NCBI GenBank assembly: GCA_963700035.1
Contig: CAVOWE010000018.1
Span: 32,731-96,730 of the forward strand
Direction of reading: 5' to 3'
Length of the DNA stretch: 64,000 nucleotides
Source: an uncultured Thermoleophilia bacterium
Lineage (GTDB): Bacteria; Actinomycetota; Thermoleophilia; UBA2241
The position numbers and the translations under genes are program-made. The notes under the pieces were generated by a model that had not been told where the DNA came from, ran no database searches, and saw nothing but the letters and a program-made list of their open reading frames with translations. Of this stretch, positions 41,562 through 51,895 are shown piece by piece (the stretch's first letter is position 1; the number at the start of each line of letters is the position of its first letter).

Positions 41562-41804
41562 ATGCCTCTCTACGAGTACAGGTGCACGGCGTGCGGCGAG
41601 ACCTTCGAGATCATCACCAGCCTCGCCGAACGCGACGAGAAGGCCGTGTGCCCCGCCTGTGGCGGCCACGACACGGCCCGGGTCTTCAGCCCGATCGCGC
41701 TCGCCGGCAGGCGCACCTCCATCGATCCTCAGAACTTCGTGCGCCCGCACGGACCGGTGACGCGGCCCAAGCCGGCGCAGCCGGGGAAGGGCGCGAAGGA
41801 CTGA
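41562..41804 (+). CDS. FmdB-family zinc-ribbon small protein (second copy)
   Basis: MPLYEYRCTACGETFEI...CPACGG. The ORF track starts 6 nt earlier at a GTG. Confidence 0.7.
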   Translation: MPLYEYRCTACGETFEIITSLAERDEKAVCPACGGHDTARVFSPIALAGRRTSIDPQNFVRPHGPVTRPKPAQPGKGAKD

Positions 41805-41844
41805 CGGAGGTCGTCGCCCGCGGCGCCGCGCAGAGCGACGCTGC

Positions 41845-44581
41845 TCACCCGTCTGTCGGCTCGGCTCGGAGGGGCGTTGTCAGGTCGGGCGACAGTTCCG
41901 GGAAGAGCGTCTCGACTTCGGCGATCCGCGCCGCGATGCGGGCGCGCAGGTCGGGGCACTCCTCGTCCTGCAACCAGGCGGTCAGTGACCCGTGCTCGTC
42001 GCGCTCGGGTCGCTCGACCAGCTCCCGCAGAAACGGGTGGACGTAGGGTCGCGACGAGTCGATGGTGAGCAGCACCGAGTCGCGCGCCCGGGTCACCCCG
42101 ACGTAGACGACCCGCCGCTCCTCCTCGATCTCCGAGGCCTCCCAGCGCGTGACGTCGCAGTCGTAGTCGGGGATCGCGACGGCGGCGTACTCGCGCCCTT
42201 TGGCGGCATGGATGGTGCCGATGACCACGCGATCCTCCTCAGCCTCCTCTCGCGCCAGCGTGTCGTCGGCCATGCCCGCGTGCGCGAGCTCGTCGGCCAG
42301 GAGCCGGTCCCAGACGGAGAGATAGGCGGCGGGGTCGGGGTATGTCTCGGCGAGCACCAGCAGGGCATCGAGCACCTGCAGGGCGCCGGCCTCGTCCTGC
42401 TGCCCGGGTGCGTCGGGGGCGCCGCCGTCCCAGTAGTCCTCGAGACCGAACTCGTCGACCACGGCCCAGACGAGCTCGCCGGCGGACAGGCTCGACGGGG
42501 TCTCCGGCGCGGGCAGTCTGCCTGCCGCCGCACTCGCCGCCCCGCCGAGCGCCCGCACGCCCTCGACGAGCGTGCTCAGAGGGTGCGGTGCGCTCGCCCG
42601 CTCTCCGGCGGCGAGCGCCAGCAGGTGCGCCCAGGGCCGTGGGGCTGCGCAGACGGCCTCTACTACGGCGCTGCCCAGGTAACGGTTCGGCCGGTTGAGC
42701 AACAGGCGCAGGCGGTCGCCGGGCACGTCCTCCGGTGCGCCCACGAGGTCGATGTACGCGCGCAGCAGCGCGGCGCCCGGATGCGAGAAGAGCCTGTAGC
42801 CGAGCGCCGGAGTGCGCGGGATCTCGTCGGCGTCGAGGGCCAGCGCCACGGCGAGCTGCTGCGAGCGGTAGCGGCACAGCACGGCGAGGTCGCGCCAGGC
42901 GCAGCCCAGGCGCGACCTCTCGGCGCGCAGGAAGGCGCAAAGCGCCGCCGCGCGCGCCGGCCACGTGGGCGCGCCGGCGAAGCGCAGGGCGCCCTCCGCG
43001 GCCCCCTCGCGCGGTCTCACGTCCTTGTCCTCGCGGACCGTGTTGTGCGCCACGAGCCTGGCCGCCGACTCCACCACCGCGCGCGAGCAGCGGTAGTTGG
43101 TACACAGGGTGTACGTCGCCGACCAGGGTCGCGGCGGCATGCGCTCGTGGAACTCCAGGATGCCGCGCGGGTCGGCGGACCGCCATCCGTAGATGAGCTG
43201 GTCGTCGTCGCCCACCACGAAGAGGTCGCGCCGGGGCCGTGAGAGCACGTCGACCAGCGCCAGCTGGGCGCCGTTGAGGTCCTGGAACTCGTCGACGAGG
43301 ATGTGGTCGAAGCGGCCTTCGATGTAGGCGCGGTGCTCCGGGTCGGCGAGCATATCGGCCACGGCCAGGTAGATCTGGTCGTCGAACGACTGGCAACCCG
43401 TCACCGCCTGGGCGCGCGTGTAGCGGGCGTGGACCTCGGCGAACGGGACCATGACCACGGGCTGGTCGCCGACCGACTCGATACGCACCTCCACGACCGC
43501 GGGATCTTCGAGGCCGGCGCGGACGCGCGTCATCGCCGCGAGAAAGGCGCCCACAGGATCGCTGCCGCGCGCCGGCTTGAGCGTGGCCGGCGAGGCGCCG
43601 GCGGCCGCCATCGCCTGCTGCATCAGGGCGCGCTGTCCGGAGCCGCGCGTATCGACGGTGAAGCGCGCTTCGACGATCTCGCGCTGGTAGCGATACCCGA
43701 ACGCGTTGAAGGTGGCGCAGTGCACCGCGGCGGGACGCCGCCCGCGCTCGCCGCGGATGCGCCGCGTCGTGGCGATGCCCTGCGTGGCCAGGCGCTCCTC
43801 GAGCTGCTCGGCCGCCTTGCGATTGAAGGCGAGCAGCAGGATGCCGCCGGGATCCACGCCTCGCGCCACCAGCTCGGCGACGCGGCTGACGAGGGTCTTG
43901 GTCTTGCCCGAGCCGGCGGGCGCGAGGACGCGCGCCGCGCCGCGCCCGTGCTCGACGGCGGCCCGCTGTGCGGCGTCGAGTCGCGCTTCGTCGGGGGCCG
44001 GCGAGGCGCCGCCTCGGGCGGCGTCTTCGGCCGCGACGGCGTGCTCTCCCCGGCGTCTGCGCGCCGGTGCGGCGCACGCCCGCCTGGTCGCCCTCGCGCG
44101 AGGCGCCGCGCACGCCCAGCAGGGCGCCGATGTCCTCGAAGTCCAGCAGAGCGGTGTCGGCGGGGCCGAGAGGGCGGCGCGCGAAGGCGTCGGCGGCGAA
44201 CGGAAAGCCGATGCAGTAGGGGAGGCCGCGAGCCACGAGCGGGTGGACGAATCGCAACAGCACGTCGTTGGCCCGGGCGAGCAACTCCTCCTCGGTGCCG
44301 CTCCAGAGCCACAGGCCCACCGGCGCGCGGCGCGCCCGCCCGGGCTTCGCTCGGGCGGGCCGCTCGCCGGGGTCGTCGAACCAGGAGCGGCGCCAGACGA
44401 AGCGCGAGTCGGGGAAGGCCGCCGCAGCTCGCTGCGCGAGGTCTCGGCGGCCCGTCACGCCGCAGAAGACGCTTCTGGGCGCGGCGGCGGCCCCGTCGCC
44501 GTCCAGAACACCCACGTCGCCGCAGGCCGGGCGGTCGCCGGCCTCATCGTCGAGTCCTTCTCGGAGCGGTCGTGTGATCAT
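41845..44581 (-). pseudogene. UvrD/PcrA-family superfamily-1 helicase with an extra N-terminal region of about 170 aa and one frame change (or two adjacent genes)
   Basis: Walker A APAGSGKTKT, VDEFQDLN, TIHAAKGREY and YVGVTRAR lie in the frame of ORF 41845..43869, extended upstream. The N-terminal segment (MITRPLREG...LDFEDIGALLGV) is in another frame. The switch lies somewhere in the low-complexity stretch 43990..44130. Confidence 0.75.
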
Positions 44582-44806
44582 GGGGTGGCCGGCCGGGCTC
44601 GCTCCCGCGGGCCCCGCCGGCCACCGACGCTAGCAGGCTCCGCGCTTCGCGACGAGGGTGACGAAGGTTGACGTTGCGTCGAGCGGCGGCGTCCACGCGG
44701 CCGTCGCCCTCTCGGGCGACGGCAAGCGGGCCGCCGCCGCCGATGCTCTGGCTTTGCACGGCCGAGTGCGATACACATAGGGGCCATCGTGTCTAGGGGG
44801 TCGCAC

Positions 44807-45950
44807 ATGAGCGACACGGCAGACCGGAGAGGCCGCGGCGCCGACCGCGGCCTCGGCGCGGCCCATGCGGCGGCGGGCCGAATCGCGGCGCTCGAGAAGG
44901 TCGTGGAGCAGTACAAGGTCCTGTCTGGAGACGAGCGCCGCCATCACGGCCAGCACCGACCTCGAGGAGACCTTGGGCCTCATCACGAGCCTCGTCACGG
45001 AGCATCTGGACGTGGCCTGGTGCGACCTCTACGACTATGAGGCCGCCGGCGACGAGTTCGTGGTGATCGCCTTCTAGTCAACTGCCCGAGCTCGAGATCG
45101 ACTCTTCGGGGTGGATGGGTACGAGCTACGATTCGAGCAACTGGAGCGACCTCGACGCCTGCGTCGAACGAGCGGCGCCCGTCGATCTGGTACCGCGACG
45201 ACTCCCGGCTCTCCGCGGATGAGCGCGCCAGCATGGACGAGTGGGGAGAGCTCTCCAACATGAGCCTGCCACTGGTGTACAGGGGCACCGTCATCGGCCT
45301 CATCGATGTCGGCGAAAGCTCGCAAGATGCGACGCTGGACCGAGGACGACAAGCGCGTCCTGCAGGCGATCGCCGACCAGGCCGCCATCGCCATCGTCAA
45401 CGCGCGCGCCTACGCGGCGCTGGCGGAGCAGGCCATCACCGACGGGCTCACCGGCCTCTTCAACCACCGGCACTTCAACGAGCACCTGCGCCAGGAGGTG
45501 GCCACGGCGCGCCGCTACGGCCAGGAGCTCTCTCTGGTCATGGTCGACGTGGACGGCTTCAAGGCGTTCAACGACCGCTACGGCCACCCACAGGGCGACA
45601 GGGTGCTGGTCGAACTGGCGGAGATCATCCGTCAGGGCACGCGCAATGACGTGGACATCCTCGCGCGCTACGGCGGCGACGAGTTCATGGTGATCCTGCC
45701 ACAGGCCCGGGCGAGCGGTCCGGAGCCCACGGCGGCGCGCAACGTGGCGGAGCGCATCGCGGCGGCCATCCGCGCGCACCGGTTCGAAAGCGTCGAGGGT
45801 CGCAGGGACGTGGTCATGACGGTGAGCGTCGGCGTCGCCGGTCTGGGCCTCGGCGGCTACACGCCCGAAGAGCTGGTGAGCAGCGCGGACAAAGCGCTGT
45901 ATCTGGCGAAGCACCAGGGCAAGGACCGGGTCAGCGTCTTCGGCACGTAG
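44807..45950 (+). pseudogene. GAF-GGDEF diguanylate cyclase with four successive +1 frame changes
   Basis: The protein can be followed through frames 2, 0, 1, 2 and 0, with switches near 44924, 45075, 45187 and 45320. The GGDEF domain itself is intact (LTGLFNHRHF, RYGGDEFMVIL). The stop codon is TAG. Confidence 0.8.
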
Positions 45951-45982
45951 GCCCCGGGCGGGAGTGGCTGCGCCGCCCGCCC

Positions 45983-46758
45983 CTACCCCGTAAGAGTCGT
46001 CCGCGACGTCGCCCCGGCGTCCTCTCCCAGGGGGACCGTCGCGCGCGTCGGGACGGCGTAGTACACCGCTGACCGCGATGAAGATGGCGATGCTCGCCCA
46101 CACGTTCACCAGCGCCAAGCCCAGGGCCGCGACGTACACGACCGGCGCCACGGCGTATTGCCTGGTCACGGCGCGCAGCGTCTGCGGCGAGGCGTCGGGC
46201 TCGAGCAGGTGCCCGCCGCGGCGCGCCCAGAACCAGAGGGCGTTGTAGGCCAAGGCGATGAAGAGCGCGACGACGCAGTAGACCTCCGCGGCCACCCCCT
46301 CGCCCGGGTGCCCGAGGTGGCTCGCCAGGAGCTGGGTGGGGAACGGGACCAGCGTCACGCCCATGAGCACCAGTCCGTTGAGGAGGAGGAACACGTGGTC
46401 CACGCGGCGGATGAGGCTGAAGATGTTGTGGTGGCTAGCCCACATGATCAGGATGCTGAGGAACGACATCACGAACGCCACGTGGGTGGGCCACTGCTCG
46501 AGCAGCGCGCGGCGTAGCTCCGGCGCGCTGGCCGCTCTTTCTTAGGTCGGTACGGCCAGGGTGAGGACGAGCAGGGTGATGGCGATGGCGACGACCCCGT
46601 CGCTGAACGCCTCGACGCGGCTCGTCTCGCGCAGCAGCCTCGTCGCCGTGCGCTGTGGCGAGACGCTTCTCACCTCGAGCTCCGGGAGGTCGCAGAAAGC
46701 GTCCGGATCGTCGGTCGCGTCGCTGTCGGAAGGGGGGCGGTCGCTCACGATATCAAGG
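45983..46758 (-). pseudogene. TMEM175/DUF1211-family potassium-channel-like protein with an in-frame TAA plus one frame change
   Basis: RVEAFSDGVVAIAITLLVL (the RxxxFSD motif). An in-frame TAA at 46542..46544 sits between LAVPT and ERAASAPELRRALLEQWPTHVAFVMSFLSILIMWASHHNIF. There is a frame switch near 46067 before the predicted end VYYAVP...TG-TAG. Confidence 0.75.
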
Positions 46759-46879
46759 GTAGCAGATGCGCCGTGGCGGCTCGCCGGCTCCGCGCGGCGC
46801 GGGCCCACCAGACGGATGTCCGGGCCCGCTTCCACGGTCGGGGTCATTCTGCGCCTGTTCGGCGAAGGAGGCTTCAGCC

Positions 46880-47896
46880 TCATGGAGCGAGTGGCGCGCG
46901 GACGCGCAACGCGTGGGCGATCAGGCTCACGTCGAGCGGCACATCGCCCAGCGCCTCGCCGTCCACATCGAGCGGGAACACGCCGCCGCGAGGCGGCCGT
47001 GCCGGGGGGTCGAGCGGTTCCAGCCGCAGGGCGCGACAAGTGAAGTGATGCACGCCCGGCTCGCTGGTGTGGGTCCCGGCGTACACGGTGAGGAACTTAC
47101 CCACGAGTCGCCAGCGCGTGCGCGTCTCCAAGGCGATCACCTCCAGCAGGCCATCGTCAGGCCGCGCCATGGGGGCGATGCGCATGCCGCCGCCGAACGT
47201 CGTGCCGTTGCAGATCGCCACGGCGTGACCGTCCAGCAGCCGTTCGCAGTCGCTTCCGTCCGGAAGCGAGACGTGGCAGCGCAGCCGCACGCGGCGGCAC
47301 ATGACGATGCCGCGCAGGGCGGCCTGGGCGTAGGTGACACGCCCGCCGAGGATGGCGGGGGCGGCGGCGGCGTAGCGGTCGACCAGCCCGCCGACGCCCG
47401 CCGACAGCACGTTGATCCAGTAGCGATCCGCCGCACGTCCGTCCGTGCCGATGAAGCGCGCCGACCCGACGTCGACGGTACGCTCGCGGCCGCCGGCGAT
47501 CGCGTCCAGATAGTCCTTCACGCCGTGCGGGATTCCGAGCGCGCGACCGAAGTCGCCGCCGGTGCCGGTGGCGATGAGGCCCAGCGCGGGGAGGTCGGCG
47601 GCCTCGCCGAGGGCGCCGCGGCGAGTCTCCCGCGCCCGCATCAGCCCGTTCACGACTTCGTGCAGCGTGCCGTCGCCGCCCAGGCTGATCACGAGGGGCC
47701 GCCGCTCGGCTACGGCCGCGGCGGCAAGGTCGGTCGCCTGGCGGGCTTCGGCGGTCGTGACGGCGTCGAGCTCGCCGAGGGCGTCGCGCAAGGCGCTCAG
47801 AAGATGTGGCAGGTCGCGGCCGGTGCGGCCACGACCTGCGGAAGGGTTGGCGATGACGAGGGGGCGCCGCGAGAGGCGGGGGTCGGCGGTCTGCAT
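46880..47896 (-). CDS. Diacylglycerol-kinase-family lipid kinase (YegS/BmrU-like)
   Basis: LVIANPSAGRGR and ISLGGDGTLHEVVNGL are present. Confidence 0.85.
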   Translation of the reverse strand: MQTADPRLSRRPLVIANPSAGRGRTGRDLPHLLSALRDALGELDAVTTAEARQATDLAAAAVAERRPLVISLGGDGTLHEVVNGLMRARETRRGALGEAADLPALGLIATGTGGDFGRALGIPHGVKDYLDAIAGGRERTVDVGSARFIGTDGRAADRYWINVLSAGVGGLVDRYAAAAPAILGGRVTYAQAALRGIVMCRRVRLRCHVSLPDGSDCERLLDGHAVAICNGTTFGGGMRIAPMARPDDGLLEVIALETRTRWRLVGKFLTVYAGTHTSEPGVHHFTCRALRLEPLDPPARPPRGGVFPLDVDGEALGDVPLDVSLIAHALRVRAPLAP

Positions 47897-48279
47897 GGGG
47901 CAAAGGTACCAGACGGCGCGGCCTGCGTCAGGGCGCCGTTGGCGCGCGCCGTGCAGGGGTTCCCGCGGCGCGCCGCAAACCGTGAAGACGACGGAGACGC
48001 CGGCAGTCGAGAGTATCGCGGATCAGAACAAGGAGGTGGCGCGCATCGCCGCCCTCAGCGAAAGCGGCGTCGCCATCGTCATCAGCTGAGCCGGAACTGC
48101 CGCGGGACCCATCGGCGGCCAGCAGCCCGCGGTACGGTCGGTACGACCGAGACTCGAAGATATAGCTCCATGATTGAGTTACTCCATTGAAGGGTAATGA
48201 TTCCCCATATCGCTGTGCGGGTCAAGGTGCGTAGCGCCATTCGCAGCAGCGCTCAACTCGAACCTGAGGGGGTTCCACG

Positions 48280-48886
48280 ATGTCACTGTCCTCGACAACC
48301 GGCAGACGTTCTTTGGGCCTTGCGGCCGCGGTTCTCTTGCTTGCCGTGGCGTTCCTGGCCTTTTCGGCCAGCGCGCAGGCGAACACGTCCACGCTGGCCG
48401 GAGGGTATACGGAGTTGACCACCGATCCGGGCACCACCAAGGTCCTGGTCGCCAACCGCATTCTGCCGCTGCCCGTGTTCCCGTCTTGGGTGATCCCGGC
48501 GAAGGTCGACGGGCAACTGGCGCTTCGCTACCGCTTCTACATCACCGGCGGACAATTCCCCGGCGAAATCTTTCACTCTGGTGGTCTGAAGTTCGTCAAC
48601 TTGAACAAGGGCAAGTCGCTCACGGTCCGTGACTTCATCGATCGACACGGGCAAACAGGAACTCACGGCTTTCGTGCCGGCGCTCAACACGCGCGCCCCG
48701 ATCCTCAGCCTCGGACTGGTCGGCGCTCCAATCACTCCGGGCTCCATCTACACGAAGGTCGGCCCGGTGCCTGCCCGCCTCACCGGCATCGCCGCGTCGG
48801 TGCTGAACGACAAGCTGTCCACTGACATCTTCGCCGAGGGCCTGCTGATCGGCACGGCGAACGTGTTCGCGCGCTTCGCCAAGTGA
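48280..48886 (+). pseudogene. Secreted hypothetical protein with one frame change
   Basis: Signal peptide (LGLAAAVLLLAVAFLAFSASAQA). The frame switches near 48640 (VRDFI / IDTGKQELTAFVP). An unusually AT-rich ~100 nt precedes the gene. Confidence 0.5.
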
Positions 48887-48908
48887 CGTTCGCTTAGACC
48901 CCGCGCCT

Positions 48909-48960
48909 GAAGGGCGGTCCGGGAATGGGCCTGCAAGGCCCATCCGCCGGACCGCCCTTC
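48909..48960 (+). terminator. Compound hairpin
   Basis: GAAGGGCGGTCCGG pairs with CCGGACCGCCCTTC and encloses a second hairpin (ATGGGCC...GGCCCAT). Confidence 0.5.
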
Positions 48961-49155
48961 CTCGTGGCGGGGCGCACAGACCGCTCCGCCCGGCGCGCCC
49001 CGCGAAGTTCGCCCAAGATCGCGCGAAGGCGTCGCAAGGATTGCCTATCTGGTCGGCGCCGCAGGCTGGTGGTATGAATGAGCCGTTGCGCCGGCGCGGC
49101 GCACGCTGCGCGCCCGCGCCGATGTCCCGTCGTCCCCGAGCCGGAGGCTGATCCC

Positions 49156-50612
49156 TTGGCATCCATCGCACGCCCACCGATCGAGCCGCTCAAGCCGGCG
49201 TTCACCTTCCACGTATCACTCATCCCGAGCAGCTGGACCGCCTGAAGCAGGCGACGCTCGACATCCTCGAGACGGTCGGCGTGCAGTTTCAGTCAGAGAA
49301 GGCGCTGGACGTACTCGCCGAGCACGGCGTGCGCGTCGACCGCACCGCGCAGATCGCCAAGTTCCCGCCCGAGATCGTGCTCGCGGCGATGGCGCAGGCG
49401 CCGCGGCGCTTCGGCCTGGGCGCCCGCGACGCGAGCTGCGACATCCCCGTCGGCGACGGCAACACCTACTGCACCACCGACGGCAGCGGCGTGGAGATCA
49501 TCGATTTCGCGACGCGCGAACGACGCCAGTCCACGAAGGCCGACGTGGCCGACGTGACCCGCATGCAGGACTATCTCTCGAGCATCGCCTTCTGGTGGCC
49601 GACGCTGAGCGCCGGCGATTACGGCGAGACTGCGCAGCTCCACGAGCTCGACGCGGGCTGGAACAACACGGTCAAGCACCTCCAGGGTTTTGTGCAGGGC
49701 GAGCGCGAAGCCCGCTACGCCGTGGAGATGGCCACCGTGATCGCCGGCAGCGCCGAGGAGCTGCGGCGCCGGCCGGTGCTGAGCGAACTCATCGGCGTGA
49801 ACTCGCCGCTGGTCGTCGACAAGGACGGCATCGAGGCGGCGCTCGTCTTGGCGGAGGTCGGCGTGCCCGTCTGCTGGGTGACGGCGCCGATGCTCGGTAC
49901 GACGGCGCCGGCGACGAGGGCCGGCGCCTATGCTCTCGGCGCAGCCGAGCTGGTCGCCGCGACCGTCGCGCTCGAGCTCGCCAGCCCGGGGGCGCCGGTG
50001 CTGCACTTCGCGATGCAGAGCTGGGCCGACCCGCGCACCGGCGACGTCGTGAGCTTCCCCCAGGACGGCCGCGCCCGCGCTCTGAGCACCGAACTCGCGC
50101 ACCACTGGGGCGTCCCGGCCGAGTCCGCCGCCTGCGGCACCGATTCGCCGGTCCCCGGCACCTGGCAGGCCGGCGTCGAGGAGGCGATGGACTTCGTGCA
50201 AGCCGCCCAGGAGGGCTCCGACCTGATGCCGAGCATCGGCCTCGTCAACGTCTATACGCTCTTCTATCCCGAGCACCTCATCCTCGGCGACGACATCTAC
50301 CATCGCGCTCGCTTCGCGATCATGGATATCGAGGTCGACGCGGAGTCGCTCGCGCTCGAAGCGATCGCCGAGGTCGGTCCCGGGGGGCATTTTCTCGGTC
50401 ACAAGCACACGCGACGGCACATGCGCGAGGCCGTCAAGCCGGCGATCACCCACCAGCCGGGGCCCGACGGCGTCTTCCGCGATCCCCTCGAAGTGGCCCG
50501 CGAGAAGGCCGAGTGGATCTGGCGCGAGTACAGGCCGGAGCCGCTGGAAGCCGACAAGGCCGCCGAGCTCACGAAGATCCTCGCGGCGGCCGACGCCGAG
50601 CTGCGCGGCTGA
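49156..50612 (+). pseudogene. MttB-superfamily methyltransferase paralogue (non-Pyl) with one frame change near the 5' end
   Basis: GGAGG RBS and a TTG start at 49156 (MASIARPPIEPLKPAFTFHV). There is a -1 switch near 49225 into ORF 49281..50612 (EQLDRLKQATLDILETVGVQF...GPGGHFLGHKHT). No corrinoid protein gene lies nearby. Confidence 0.8.
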
Positions 50613-50731
50613 GCCACGCGCCGAGGTCTCGCCCGTGGGCGTCGTGCCGACGAGTCCTCCGGACGCCGCGCCGGGCGTAGCCTGGGCGCGGCGGTGGAAT
50701 GCTCCGTGCACACCGAGAACAAGGAGCGAGG

Positions 50732-51052
50732 ATGATCGTCGTGCGCTCGTCGACCGTGGTCGACGTCCCCATCGAACAGGCCGGGCATCATTGGGCCGAT
50801 TTCGTGCGTCAGCGGCTCTCCGACCGCAATTTCGTGCCGGACGAGTGGCTCGTCAAGGACAACGCCTGCGGCGTGTTCGGCAGCGGCGACGTGACCTTCG
50901 AGCCGGTGAGCGTGGCACGCACGCGCGTGACGCTGTCGGTGCAGCTCGACCTGTCGCCGTCAGACGCAGACACAGGCCCTGAGGTGGAAGAGACCTACCG
51001 CCGGGCGGTCGCCCATCTTGACCGCTACCGCGACTTCGCCGAGATGCGCTGA
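50732..51052 (+). CDS. Small SRPBCC/cyclase-like hypothetical protein
   Basis: AAGGAG RBS before the ATG at 50732. 106 aa with only weak fold-level resemblance. Confidence 0.4.
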   Translation: MIVVRSSTVVDVPIEQAGHHWADFVRQRLSDRNFVPDEWLVKDNACGVFGSGDVTFEPVSVARTRVTLSVQLDLSPSDADTGPEVEETYRRAVAHLDRYRDFAEMR

Positions 51053-51082
51053 TGCCGGCGGTCCGCGGCCGGCCGGCGCGGG

Positions 51083-51811
51083 ATGCCGGCCGATGAGCAC
51101 TCGCGAGCGCCTCACCGCGTGATGGACGAGCTGGCCTCGCAGGCCAGCGAGGAGAGCCGCGCCGGCATGGCGCGCTACGGCATCAACGTCGGGCACGCCT
51201 TCGGGGTCTCGGTGTACGAGTTGCGGCGCATGGCGAAAGGCCTCGGAAGAGACCACGAGCTCGCTTTGGCCCTCTGGGACACCGGCAATCACGAGGCGCG
51301 CCTGCTGGCCAGCATGGTCGACGACCCGACGGCCGTGACCGAGTCTCAGATGGAGGCGTGGGCCGCGGCCTTCGACTCGTGGGACGTCTGCGACCAGGTG
51401 ACCTCCAACCTCTTCGACAAGACCCCGTTCGCCTACGACAAGGTGCGCGCGTGGAGCGCCGCCGAGGACGAGTGGGTCAAGAGAGCCGCGTTCGCGACCG
51501 CGGCCGCCCTGGCCGTCCAGGACAAGAAGGCGCCCGACGAACGCTTCCTCGCGATCCTCGAGCTGGTCCGCCGCGAAGCGGGGGACGGCCGCAACTTCGT
51601 GAAGAAGGCCGTCAACTGGGCGCTGCGCAACATCGGCAAGCGTAACGCGGCGCTGCACGCGGCGGCGATGGATACGGCCGAGGCCATCCTGGCCGAGGCC
51701 GAAGCCCTCGCCGCCGTCGACCGCCGCGACCCGGCCGCGCGCAGCGCCCGCTGGGTCGCGCGCGACGCTCTGCGCGAGCTGCGCTCGGACAAGGTGGTGC
51801 GCCGCTTCTGA
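51083..51811 (+). CDS. DNA alkylation repair protein (AlkD-like HEAT-repeat family)
   Basis: MARYGINVGHAFGVSVYELRRMAK, ALWDTGNHEARLLA and NFVKKAVNWALRNIGKRN are present. An alternative start is the ATG at 51122. Confidence 0.75.
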   Translation: MPADEHSRAPHRVMDELASQASEESRAGMARYGINVGHAFGVSVYELRRMAKGLGRDHELALALWDTGNHEARLLASMVDDPTAVTESQMEAWAAAFDSWDVCDQVTSNLFDKTPFAYDKVRAWSAAEDEWVKRAAFATAAALAVQDKKAPDERFLAILELVRREAGDGRNFVKKAVNWALRNIGKRNAALHAAAMDTAEAILAEAEALAAVDRRDPAARSARWVARDALRELRSDKVVRRF

Positions 51812-51895
51812 GCGCAGCGCTGGCCCGGCCTCTCATTCCGGTAGTAATATGAGGGTCTGCGCAGGTTCGGCCTGCACTCACCGTCAGGGGGTCTC

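Noticed and set aside
45069-45080. The in-frame TAG at 45075 inside the GAF-GGDEF gene as a second pyrrolysine codon.
   Set aside because: Translation past the TAG in the same frame gives non-protein-like sequence. The GAF domain continues in the +1 frame instead, so this is one of four serial frame shifts, not recoding.
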